From positions 1,504,001 to 1,568,000 of the forward strand of contig OZ242029.1 in NCBI GenBank assembly GCA_965205015.1: DNA of 64,000 bases, in the 5' to 3' direction. The notes below the pieces were generated by a model. That model worked only from the letters and a program-made list of their open reading frames with translations, was not told where the DNA came from and did no database searches. Origin of the DNA: Candidatus Poribacteria bacterium. GTDB taxonomy: Bacteria > Poribacteria > WGA-4E > WGA-3G. A program made the position numbers and the translations under genes. Below, piece by piece: positions 19,183 to 28,020 of the stretch. How positions within the stretch are numbered: the first letter of the stretch is position 1; each line of letters begins with the position of its first letter.

Positions 19183-21586
19183 CAGTGCCTTCCTCACAAA
19201 AGTTGCCCTTGCCCAATATTCCTGACCAAATTGCCCGTTGCGCTTGTGTGCTATTTGCGCTTTTGGTGATGGTAACATCAATAGGACCCGCCTCCAACGG
19301 AGGGCTTTTAGACGCGTCCCCGCCTAACGTGACAGGTAGGATAATTTCTTTACCCTCCCTTTCAAGGGTTAACTTTACCATCTCACCCGGTTTCCACGCT
19401 TTGGCAGCCTTTCTGATGTCGTCAAAAAATTTCACCGGTGTGCCGTTGACACCTATCAGATTGTCCTCATCTTGATACTGCTCGGACTGGTGGATAAACA
19501 TACCGCCCCCTGTTGGTCCCCCGATTGAACTGATACCAAGCATCTCATGAACGACATACCCGAAACGCGGCAGCTCTTCGCTAAATTCTACATTTGCATC
19601 CACACCTGCATCTCCGAGATATTCCGTCAGGGGCAACCGATCTGTCCCTGAAACATACTTGCAGAAGAACGGTTCCAAATCTTCACCCGCAATTTGACCG
19701 ACAATTCTGATGACATCCTTCATTGTGTATTTGCTTCCGGTGAGACCGAATTCTTGATACATCTGCTTCATCACATCGTCCAAACTCTTCCGGTTTTGCG
19801 TGAGACTGCGAATCCGTAAATCCAGAGCCGCAGCAATGAGACTTCCTCCCTGATAGACGAGTTCACGGTTGGCGGATTTGTCTTCACCCGCCTCGCGGAT
19901 AGAAAGCTGCCCCTGTCGAGAGAGATACGATTCACACTTGCGTTCCAGATCCCTGAGAAAATCATTTTCAGAGGTTAATCCGAGACGGGTACAGATAATT
20001 CTCGAATAGTATTCGGTGAAACCTTCGCTAAGCCAGTATTCCTGCCATTTAAAATCGATAGTTTTTCCGATCCAGATATGGCAAATCTCATGCGCAACCA
20101 GCGGCACCCAAAAACTTCTATCGGTTTCACTCAAAGACCCACTCGTCAGAACAGTGATACTGCTTCCAGAAACACCGCCTCCGCGGTGTTTCTCATTGGG
20201 ATTTGCCACAAACAGCATACGATCCTGTGGCGTACCATCGAAAACTCCGGAATACGCGTGCAAGAGTGATTTAACAGTTTTTTGAACTTCATCCATAGAC
20301 GCCTTGAAGCGTCCACCCAGTGCAAGCACAATCTCGGGCTCTCCCGTCCCTCTTGACAAACGTGCCAACCTCTCAGAATGCGTTCCAAGTAAGAGATAGG
20401 CAGATATCAAATTGTTCTGGTCGGTGATAGCAAAACGGTGTCCCTGGTTTCCAATACGTTGCCAAGATGTTGAAACATGCCAATTTTCAGGAACATCAAG
20501 ATACAGTTCGATATCCTCCACTTCTGCGGCGATGAACAGAGCATATCCGGGCCAAAAAATACAGTCCTCTTGGATGTAAGGGGTTTCAGGCTTACCCCAC
20601 TGCCATTCCCTCTCATCATGATTTAGTAACACTTTGTAATGCAATGTCACAGGTAAGTCATTCTCGGTTTCAATCATCCACTGTGTTTTGCCAATCTCTG
20701 TGACGGGTATTTTTTCACCATTAGCATCTGTGCCGCTTAGATCTCGCAGATATCTGCCATATCCCTCGTAGAGACCTTCCGTCCCAAAATGGCTCATGGA
20801 TAATAGCAACGGCTTTCGGTCGCCTTTTGTATCATGGGTCGCCTTTGGTGTTAAGACACACGTGACATGTGCGACACGCCGTTCAGCAGCATCTATTTTA
20901 ACTTGATACTGCGCCGACGCGAGTTCCATCGGATTATCAAGATTCTCAGGCTCACTGAAATTTCGGATGACGCGCCACTCCTCAATAGTTGCCTCGTCGC
21001 GAGAGATGTTCTGCCACCTGTATGTCCACTGTGTGCCAATCTGGACAGGGAGGTACTCTTGTGCCTCAACAGGCATCTCGTATTCAAGCAACTCGGCTTC
21101 CGTAACGATACCGTTGGAATGTTCATAACACATTTTCACGAGTCCAACACCCTTAGCGAACCACAAATAACGGGTGCCGTTCACAAACGCATTCCGCAGT
21201 TGAGCGTCGGCATCCTCAGCATCAGCGTTTGTGAAGACAGTTTTATGTTTAAGGCATGACGAAAAAGCCCCCGCGGAAACCTCAACTGTCTCAGACCCTT
21301 CCAAAGTTATCGTTGCTTCTGATTTGCAAGGACCCTCCTGCCGCCAATGATTTCCGATAACCACAGGAAATCTAAAGAGGTCACTCTCACCCCCATAGCT
21401 AACATGGCGTAGCAACATGTACATCGGGGAGCCAAGACTGCGCCCTTCCGTAGAAGAACCATTAGATGTCAAAGCCTCATTGGTCTTCTTGAAATTAAAA
21501 ATTCCTTCTGCCAAATGCACTCCATCTTCCGTAGCGGCACTGTTACTAAAGACAATATTACGTTCGGATTTAATCGTTTCTTTCAT
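19166..21586 (-). CDS. M61-like zinc metallopeptidase with PDZ domain and N-terminal shared beta module (predicted active)
   Basis: VAHEICHIW...WLSEGFTEYY; YQGGSLIAAALDLRIR; start overlaps upstream stop (TGATG). Confidence 0.8.
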   Translation of the reverse strand: MKETIKSERNIVFSNSAATEDGVHLAEGIFNFKKTNEALTSNGSSTEGRSLGSPMYMLLRHVSYGGESDLFRFPVVIGNHWRQEGPCKSEATITLEGSETVEVSAGAFSSCLKHKTVFTNADAEDADAQLRNAFVNGTRYLWFAKGVGLVKMCYEHSNGIVTEAELLEYEMPVEAQEYLPVQIGTQWTYRWQNISRDEATIEEWRVIRNFSEPENLDNPMELASAQYQVKIDAAERRVAHVTCVLTPKATHDTKGDRKPLLLSMSHFGTEGLYEGYGRYLRDLSGTDANGEKIPVTEIGKTQWMIETENDLPVTLHYKVLLNHDEREWQWGKPETPYIQEDCIFWPGYALFIAAEVEDIELYLDVPENWHVSTSWQRIGNQGHRFAITDQNNLISAYLLLGTHSERLARLSRGTGEPEIVLALGGRFKASMDEVQKTVKSLLHAYSGVFDGTPQDRMLFVANPNEKHRGGGVSGSSITVLTSGSLSETDRSFWVPLVAHEICHIWIGKTIDFKWQEYWLSEGFTEYYSRIICTRLGLTSENDFLRDLERKCESYLSRQGQLSIREAGEDKSANRELVYQGGSLIAAALDLRIRSLTQNRKSLDDVMKQMYQEFGLTGSKYTMKDVIRIVGQIAGEDLEPFFCKYVSGTDRLPLTEYLGDAGVDANVEFSEELPRFGYVVHEMLGISSIGGPTGGGMFIHQSEQYQDEDNLIGVNGTPVKFFDDIRKAAKAWKPGEMVKLTLEREGKEIILPVTLGGDASKSPPLEAGPIDVTITKSANSTQAQRAIWSGILGKGNFCEEGTDGRND

Positions 21587-24552
21587 CAGTCAGAATTCTC
21601 CTTGCCTAACATTCCTAACCAGATGGCGCGTTGCGAGTCCGTGGCATCCGCGCTCTTTGTGATGGTAACATCAATAGGTCCAGCTTCAAGGGGAGGTTTT
21701 TCAGATGTGTTACCCGCTAATGCGACCGGTAGGGTAATTTCCTCCCCCTCTCTCTCAAGCGTTAACGCTACGACATCACCGGAACGCCAATCTTTGGCAA
21801 CCTTTCTAATGTCGTCAAACGTCTTCACCGAGGTACCGTTGATGCTTATCAACGCATCGTCATCCTGATATTGCGGTGACTGATGGATGAACATACCGCC
21901 GCCTGTTGGTCCACCAAGTGAATTGATATGAAGCATCTGAAAAAGAATATACCCAAGACTTGGAAGTCTTTCGCCAAAGTCTATCTCAACACTCATACCC
22001 GCGTCCTTAAGATATTTCTCTAACGGCAACCGCTCTGTCCCTGCCACATATTTGTGGAAGAAGGGTTTAAAATCTTCACCCGTCATTTGGCTGACGATCC
22101 GGATGACATCGTTCATTGTATACCTAATATCGGTAAGACCGAATTCTTGATACATCTGCTTCATCACATCGTCCAAGCTGCTTCGGTTCTGTGTAAGTGT
22201 ACGGATCTGTAAATCCAGAGTAGCGGCGACTAAACTGCCACCGTCATAGACGAGTTCGCGGTTGGCGGATTTGTCTTTCCCTGCCTCGCGAATCGAAAGT
22301 TGTCCGTGTCGAGATAGATAAGATTTCCACCTGCGTTCAAACTTCCTGAGAAAATCGCTTTCAGAAATAAGTCCAAGGCGGGCAGAAACAACATCTGAGT
22401 AATATCCTGTGAAACCTGCGCTAAACCAATACTCCTGTTCCCTAAAAGTGATAGCCTGACCCGCAACCCAGAGACAGCAAACCATATATCCCACAAGCGG
22501 CAGCCAAAAACGTCTGCTCGCTTCATCTAATTCACCACCGATCAGCACGCTGATGCTGCGTCCGGACGCGCCTCCACTCATGTGTCCCTTTTCACCATAG
22601 GGGTTTGCAACAAACAACAGTTTACCTTCCGGGGTGCCACCGAATATCCCAGAATATGCGTCCAGAAGTCCCTCAATAGTCCCCTGTATTTCATTCATAG
22701 ACGCTTTGAAGTGTGCCCCAGTCACCAGCACAACCTCGGTATCCCCAACCTTTGCCAGACGCTCAGCGTGTTCACCGAGCACAAGATACGCATACATCAA
22801 GTCGTCGTGATCTTTACAAACGAAACGGTGCCCCTCAGACGCAATCCGTTCCCAAGGTGTTGAAACACGCCAATTCTCTGGCACATCCACACACAGTTCG
22901 ACATCGCTCGTCTCACCGACAACAAACAGCGCATACCCTGGACAGAAAATACAATCCTCTTGGACATAAGGGGCTTCATCTGGACCCGGTGCCCATTCCC
23001 ATTCATCGTGATTCAGCAACACTTTGTAACGCACCGTTATAGGTGATGCGTCCCGTGCTTTAACTAACCATTGCGTTTTGCCGATCTCCTCTACCGGCAA
23101 TGTTTCACCGTTTACATCGGTCACCGTCAAATCTCGAAGATACCGGGCATACCCATCATATACCCATTCAGCCCCAAAACGACTCATGGATAACAGCAAA
23201 GGCTTTTGCTCCCCTTTTGTACTGCCAACTTTCGGCGTTAGTACACACTTGACATGCGCCACGCGTCGTTCATCGGCATCTATTTTAACGTCATATCTCG
23301 CTGACGCAAGTTCCATGAGATTATCAAGATTTTCGGGATGACTGAAATTCCGGAGGACGCGCCACTCTTCAACGATCGCCTCATCGCGATAATCGTTGTG
23401 CCATCTGTATGTCCACTGCGTGCCAATTTGCGAAGGTAGGTATTCTTGTTCTTGGACGGGGATCTCATATTCAAGCAATTCGGCTTCTGTAATGACACCA
23501 TTGGCATGCTCATAGCGCATCTTCACGATCCCAACGCCCTCGGCAAACCACAGATAACGCGTGCCGTTTAGGTATGCGTTTCCCCCTTCAGCGTCGGGGT
23601 CTTCCACGTCAGCATCTGTGAAGACAGTTTTATGCTTCAGGCACGATCGGAAACTCCCAGCGGAGATTTCGACAGTCTCATACCCTTCCAAGGTTATCGT
23701 CGCTTTCGATTTGTAAGGACCTTCCTGCTCCCAACGACTTCCAATAACCAAAGGGAATTTAAAGAGGTTTATCTCATTACGACGGTGGTTAATATAGTGT
23801 AGCAACATGTACATTGGTAGCGGGTAGTCCCCTCTGAGCCCTGTCGTACGAGAACCCATAGATGCGAAAACCTTATCGGTTTGGCTGAGATCAAAACCCC
23901 CTTCCGCCAAATGTTTACCGGTTTCCATTGCCGCAGTTGCTTGAACACCAATGTATCGCTGTTCGTTTTTTAATAAATTCGGACTCAAGTTTTCCCGAAG
24001 CATCGACTCCTCCTGCTCCAATCGCTTCCGTGCACGATATAGTCGACTTTTTACTGTGTTCAAAGATACATCTAAACGCTCACTCACTTCCTCACATGTC
24101 AGACCGTTGAAATAGTGCAATATCATCACCGAACGCTCACTGGGCGTCAGTTTTTGGAGGAGGCGTTCCACGACTTCACGCAGTCCCTCCCTTGACGCTT
24201 GTGTTTGCTCTTTCTCAAGATATTGCGTATAGAACACTCCCTCTAACTCGGCTTTCGGCATCGCATCCAAAGACTGCATCGTCATCGGCTCTCGTCGCAG
24301 CCATTCAATACACTGACGTTTCGCTATGACATGTAACCACCCCGAAAAACGATTGGGGTCTCTCAAGCTTGGAAGCGACTTAAAAGCCTGGATGAAGGTG
24401 TCCTGTGTAATCTCCTGTGCGGCGTGGAAATCACCGATCTCACGCCACGCGAGCGAATGAATCCATTTCCGGTGTCTTTCCACCAGCGCGGTGAACGCAC
24501 CTTCATCGCCCGACAAGATGCGTTGAATCAGATTAACATCTTCGTTTTTCAC
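21586..24552 (-). CDS. ECF sigma-70 factor fused to shared beta module and a catalytically degenerate M61-like peptidase/PDZ
   Basis: Sigma region 2 (AQEITQDTFIQAF..FSGWLHVIA) and region 4 (LTCEEVSERLDVSLNTVKSRLYRARKRL); HEICH..E replaced by YMVCC..A; GTG start at 24552 after GGAGG, matching MKNNDIQLIQR of the sigma at 57671. Confidence 0.85.
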   Translation of the reverse strand: MKNEDVNLIQRILSGDEGAFTALVERHRKWIHSLAWREIGDFHAAQEITQDTFIQAFKSLPSLRDPNRFSGWLHVIAKRQCIEWLRREPMTMQSLDAMPKAELEGVFYTQYLEKEQTQASREGLREVVERLLQKLTPSERSVMILHYFNGLTCEEVSERLDVSLNTVKSRLYRARKRLEQEESMLRENLSPNLLKNEQRYIGVQATAAMETGKHLAEGGFDLSQTDKVFASMGSRTTGLRGDYPLPMYMLLHYINHRRNEINLFKFPLVIGSRWEQEGPYKSKATITLEGYETVEISAGSFRSCLKHKTVFTDADVEDPDAEGGNAYLNGTRYLWFAEGVGIVKMRYEHANGVITEAELLEYEIPVQEQEYLPSQIGTQWTYRWHNDYRDEAIVEEWRVLRNFSHPENLDNLMELASARYDVKIDADERRVAHVKCVLTPKVGSTKGEQKPLLLSMSRFGAEWVYDGYARYLRDLTVTDVNGETLPVEEIGKTQWLVKARDASPITVRYKVLLNHDEWEWAPGPDEAPYVQEDCIFCPGYALFVVGETSDVELCVDVPENWRVSTPWERIASEGHRFVCKDHDDLMYAYLVLGEHAERLAKVGDTEVVLVTGAHFKASMNEIQGTIEGLLDAYSGIFGGTPEGKLLFVANPYGEKGHMSGGASGRSISVLIGGELDEASRRFWLPLVGYMVCCLWVAGQAITFREQEYWFSAGFTGYYSDVVSARLGLISESDFLRKFERRWKSYLSRHGQLSIREAGKDKSANRELVYDGGSLVAATLDLQIRTLTQNRSSLDDVMKQMYQEFGLTDIRYTMNDVIRIVSQMTGEDFKPFFHKYVAGTERLPLEKYLKDAGMSVEIDFGERLPSLGYILFQMLHINSLGGPTGGGMFIHQSPQYQDDDALISINGTSVKTFDDIRKVAKDWRSGDVVALTLEREGEEITLPVALAGNTSEKPPLEAGPIDVTITKSADATDSQRAIWLGMLGKENSD

Positions 24553-24611
24553 GATGACCCTCCAAGTCATTTGATAGCAAGTTTCGGAGACCTGTAAGCT
24601 TCGCCGAAATG

Positions 24612-24683
24612 CCTTGTGACGTTATGTCGTATTTTAACGGGGGTAAGGTTGCATAAAATGCAATTTTATCTAAAATTTTTTTG
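24612..24683 (-). promoter_or_regulatory. Putative autoregulatory ECF sigma promoter (TGCAACC-N17-CGACAT), copy 1
   Basis: AAC-type -35 and CG-type -10 with ECF-like spacing upstream of the sigma gene; duplicated at 15499-15568. Confidence 0.7.
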
Positions 24684-24906
24684 TTGTGGGAAAAAAATAA
24701 AGGAAGATGTCTGTGGACTATCGTATCTTTAATCAATACCACCAACTTTCATGCGCCAGTGGTGCGCGATTGAGCGTATCCCGATATGTCCGCCATTAAG
24801 GAATTGCTGAAGGTGTTCGGTCCCTTTCGCGAGTTGATAGATGTGTTGCAGACGCGCTGTTACGATCTCCCGCTGCGAGGTTCCGCCACCAAATCGCCAA
24901 TATTGT

Positions 24907-24959
24907 CGGGAATCGGAGTTCCCTCCTACAGAAGAGAGGCGAGGTTGGGAAACCTCGCC
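24907..24959. repeat. REP-like hairpin cluster adjacent to IS left end
   Basis: Reverse strand GTAGGAGGGAACTCCGATTCCC and hairpin GGCGAGGTT-GGGA-AACCTCGCC. Confidence 0.55.
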
Positions 24960-25091
24960 AGCGAAGGAGGTGCGTTTATCAAAACCTCCGAGTCTAAAAC
25001 CCCCTGCTTCAGCTGGGGGATACAGACTCGCTTTTGTGGACAGGGCCACGGGGTTATCTGTGAAAATTAATGTGCTTTTGCAGGCAAATCG

Positions 25092-25100
25092 TGGTATAAT
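25092..25100 (+). promoter_or_regulatory. Extended -10 promoter element for tnpB
   Basis: TGGTATAAT about 105 bp upstream of tnpB ATG. Confidence 0.45.
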
Positions 25101-25205
25101 GAAAGTATCGTATGAGGACCGGCATTATCAGCGTTACGGACTTGGGAGCGTGTCGGTTCCACCCACTGAGAAGGGGTAAAAGATGCGATATGCGAGAATC
25201 CAGCA

Positions 25206-26432
25206 ATGCCGAAGTTTCACCGCACCGATATCCTGAAAATAGAACCTCAACCGATATATGCTGAGATCAATGAGGCGTCGGGGTCTGTATGGAACGAGTG
25301 TCTCTCTCAAATGTCAATGTATCAGTGGCACCGTGGGTATCCTCACGCGTGGGACTTTTTCTACTTTGGTCCGGAGTGTGAAGGCTGGATTGATAAAAGG
25401 CTTACCAAATCCCAACCTTTGCATTCACAAAGTATTCAAGCTGTTCGTGAACGTTACTTTAAATCTTGGGAGTCCTATCGTATTCTGAAAAAGGGTAACC
25501 CAACTGCGAGACCCCCACGGAAGCCGAAACGCTTTTTGACGACCCGTTGGAAAAAATCAGCGATTCGCTTTCAAGACGGCTGCGTCTCTCTGTCAATGGG
25601 ACTGGGTAGAGATCGCCTCTGTATCCCTTTGCCTTCCAACTTCAATATGTCCAAAACGGAGCAGATTGCGACGATTGATTTGGTCTACACCTTCGGTCAA
25701 TGGGAACTCCATTTCTCCTATAGATACGAACTGGAAAAGACCGAAACAGGTAAAGGGGTTGTCGGCGTTGATATTGGTGAAATACACCCGATTGTGAGTC
25801 ATGACGGAACAGACACACGGATTTTCAATGGACGGTATATCCGCTCGCTCTATCGCCATAGAAACAAAGTGATTGCCGAGTTCAGTCAAGCCATCAGTCG
25901 GTGTAAACGCCATTCGAAACGCTGGTGGAAACTCACGCGTCGGAAGTGGAAATGTATCAAAAAGATTGACAATCAGCTTAAAGATGCGTTGCATCAACAT
26001 ACCTGTAAGTTTCTAAAGTATTGCAACCTCAAAGGCATCGGCACGATTGTGCTTGGCGACCTCACCGGTATCCGTCATCGCATTCACTACGGAAAACGTG
26101 CCAACCAGAAACTTCACCAGTGGGCTTTTGGTAAAATCACAGCATTGCTAACCTACAAAGCGAAGGTGTTTGGTATCAAGGTTGTGCAGATTGACGAAGC
26201 CTACACCTCACAAACTTGCCCAAGCTGTGGCAATCGGAAGAAACCTACAAATCGGACCTATACCTGCCCCTGCGGGTTCAAATACCATCGCGACGGTGTA
26301 GGTGCTATCAATATCAGAGCAAAGTATCTGGGACACTTTGGTGTCCCCGTAGTGGCGGACATGGACCTGCGAACCATGAAGATGACACCGCCCTTGGGCT
26401 TTCGATTGAAAGTCCCTGTTGCCTCGTCTTAG
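25206..26432 (+). CDS. tnpB: TnpB RNA-guided endonuclease (rearranged RuvC-II type)
   Basis: RuvC-I GVDIG, RuvC-II IVLGDL with downstream DEAYTSQTC, zinc finger CPSC..CPCG, RuvC-III HRDGVGAINI. Confidence 0.92.
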   Translation: MPKFHRTDILKIEPQPIYAEINEASGSVWNECLSQMSMYQWHRGYPHAWDFFYFGPECEGWIDKRLTKSQPLHSQSIQAVRERYFKSWESYRILKKGNPTARPPRKPKRFLTTRWKKSAIRFQDGCVSLSMGLGRDRLCIPLPSNFNMSKTEQIATIDLVYTFGQWELHFSYRYELEKTETGKGVVGVDIGEIHPIVSHDGTDTRIFNGRYIRSLYRHRNKVIAEFSQAISRCKRHSKRWWKLTRRKWKCIKKIDNQLKDALHQHTCKFLKYCNLKGIGTIVLGDLTGIRHRIHYGKRANQKLHQWAFGKITALLTYKAKVFGIKVVQIDEAYTSQTCPSCGNRKKPTNRTYTCPCGFKYHRDGVGAINIRAKYLGHFGVPVVADMDLRTMKMTPPLGFRLKVPVASS

Positions 26433-26503
26433 ACGCGAGGAATGTTCCTACAAGGAACAAAAGAACCCCTGGTTTCCTTTAGGCTTGGGAGTATGTCAGG
26501 CTC

Positions 26504-27601
26504 CTAATAATCGGCAATAGAGCCATCCGCCAATCGACTGTTGGGCCAGGTGAAACGTCTATCCTCTTCCTGTCCGACTTCAATCACTTTTGCCTCATCA
26601 ACGGTAACTCCTAAGCCAGGTCCCTCTGGAAGCGAAACGTAACCCTCTTCGTCCATCTCCCACGCTTTGTGGGCAACGCCATCTGGAAGGACGTTCTCAT
26701 AACCCTCGTGGATCAGGAAAAACGGCACAGCGGCGGATAAGTGCAAACTCGCGGTGAGACCGAGGTAGGACATCGTGCAATGCGGTGCGATCGGGACATG
26801 ATGCGCCTCTGCGAGTGCGGCGACCTTTTTGACCTGTGTGATACCGCCGCCGTGTCCAACATCGGGTTGAAGGATGTCAATGACTTGTGCTTCCAGGATT
26901 TCTCGGACCTCCCAGATTGTTCGGTCGCGCTCTCCTGTGGCGAGCGGCACAGGAACGGATTCCCGGATTTTACGCATCACTTCAATATTGCCCGGGACCC
27001 ATGCCTCCTCTAAAAAGAGGAGGTCGTCTGGCTGGAGATAACTCGCGAATTGTTTGACAATGGGTGGCGGTAGGCAGCTATGCGCATCGAACATCACGGC
27101 ACCATCGGAACCGACCTGATCCCGTGCATCCCGTACGCGTCGAACGAGATCAGCGATTTCATCGGGGGTGCCAGCAAAGGGTTTGGAGCCTCCCGGTCCC
27201 GTCTTAATTGCTTTCGGACTCGGATACTTCCAAATCTTATCGCGGCAGGGACCGCCGAGCAAGCGATAGACGGGTACGCCCCAGAGTTTCCCGGCAATAT
27301 CCCACAGTGCCATATCAATGGCGGAGATGGTATGCACCATCAAGCCACCGCCCCGGATGTTGCGATGTGCGCGGAACAATCGCTGCCAGTGATGCTCAAT
27401 CCGCGTCGGGTTTTCCCCGATAATCAACTCGGACAACGAACGCGCCAACGCACAGGTGACGGTCGTCTCCATATTGTTGATCTCGCCCCACCCCGTAACC
27501 CCCATGTTCGTTTCAATCTTGACGTAGGCTTTCACACCCATCGGAAAAGCCTCAAGGTTGGTCACTCGAATCTGTGAACCTTTATCTTCATAATCTGCCA
27601 T
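26504..27601 (-). CDS. Mandelate racemase/muconate lactonizing enzyme family (galactonate dehydratase-like)
   Basis: SAIDMALWDIAGK, MFDAH, FLEE, LATGER, ILQPDVGHGGGIT, IAPH. Confidence 0.9.
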   Translation of the reverse strand: MADYEDKGSQIRVTNLEAFPMGVKAYVKIETNMGVTGWGEINNMETTVTCALARSLSELIIGENPTRIEHHWQRLFRAHRNIRGGGLMVHTISAIDMALWDIAGKLWGVPVYRLLGGPCRDKIWKYPSPKAIKTGPGGSKPFAGTPDEIADLVRRVRDARDQVGSDGAVMFDAHSCLPPPIVKQFASYLQPDDLLFLEEAWVPGNIEVMRKIRESVPVPLATGERDRTIWEVREILEAQVIDILQPDVGHGGGITQVKKVAALAEAHHVPIAPHCTMSYLGLTASLHLSAAVPFFLIHEGYENVLPDGVAHKAWEMDEEGYVSLPEGPGLGVTVDEAKVIEVGQEEDRRFTWPNSRLADGSIADY

Positions 27602-27620
27602 TTTTAATTTTTCCTTTTTT

Positions 27621-27703
27621 AATTTTTCCTTGCGGAGTAATGAAGGACGTTTGAACCGTTATGTGCGTTCCATCTATCCCTCCTCCATTTCATTACGGAC
27701 TAC
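27621..27703 (-). repeat. Dispersed repeat family A copy
   Basis: Reverse strand GTAGTCCGTAATGAAATGGAGG..AACGCAC..AAACGTCC..CCGCAAGGAAAAATT just upstream of ATG 27601. Confidence 0.75.
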
Positions 27704-28020
27704 TGTTCCGTCAAACTTAAAATGAGAGGTATCTGCTTTGGTATCGGACGAGGGAACCTTTAAGAAACACCCAAGCAAAAACCTTGCGCCGTTGTTGCAG
27801 GCTACCGTTTTGGTCTAATAAAGACACTATATAGCAACCCATAAGAAACCGTACATATCCTTATTTGTGTATCAATTCTATATTGCTTTTTATAGTTTGC
27901 AACGTCTGTGAAAGTTTGTCAAGATTTTAGAGAAATTCCGTTTTTCGATAGGTTTTGCCAACAGGATCTCCACAAACCGTCCTTGGAACACTTCAGTAGA
28001 AGGTACTTCACGGCACGTCC

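Larger units (their letters stand above)
24980..26498 (+). mobile_element. IS200/IS605-family element, tnpB-only (IS1341-like, non-autonomous)
   Basis: Left-end hairpin CCCCCTGCTTCAGCTGGGGG downstream of TTTAT; right end AACCCCTGG...TTTAGGCTTGGGAGTATGTCA; tnpB inside; no tnpA; ends approximate. Confidence 0.75.

Noticed and set aside
19183-19281. N-terminal extension of ORF 16810..19281
   Set aside because: Overlaps the upstream gene; the paralog start and an RBS support ATG 19182
24729-25179. Short ORFs (94-112 aa) as a possible tnpA or accessory gene
   Set aside because: No HUH or serine-recombinase motifs; they run across REP hairpins and the IS left end
25206-26432. Cas12f / CRISPR-associated nuclease
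   Set aside because: No repeat-spacer array or cas genes nearby; IS200/IS605-type ends flank the gene
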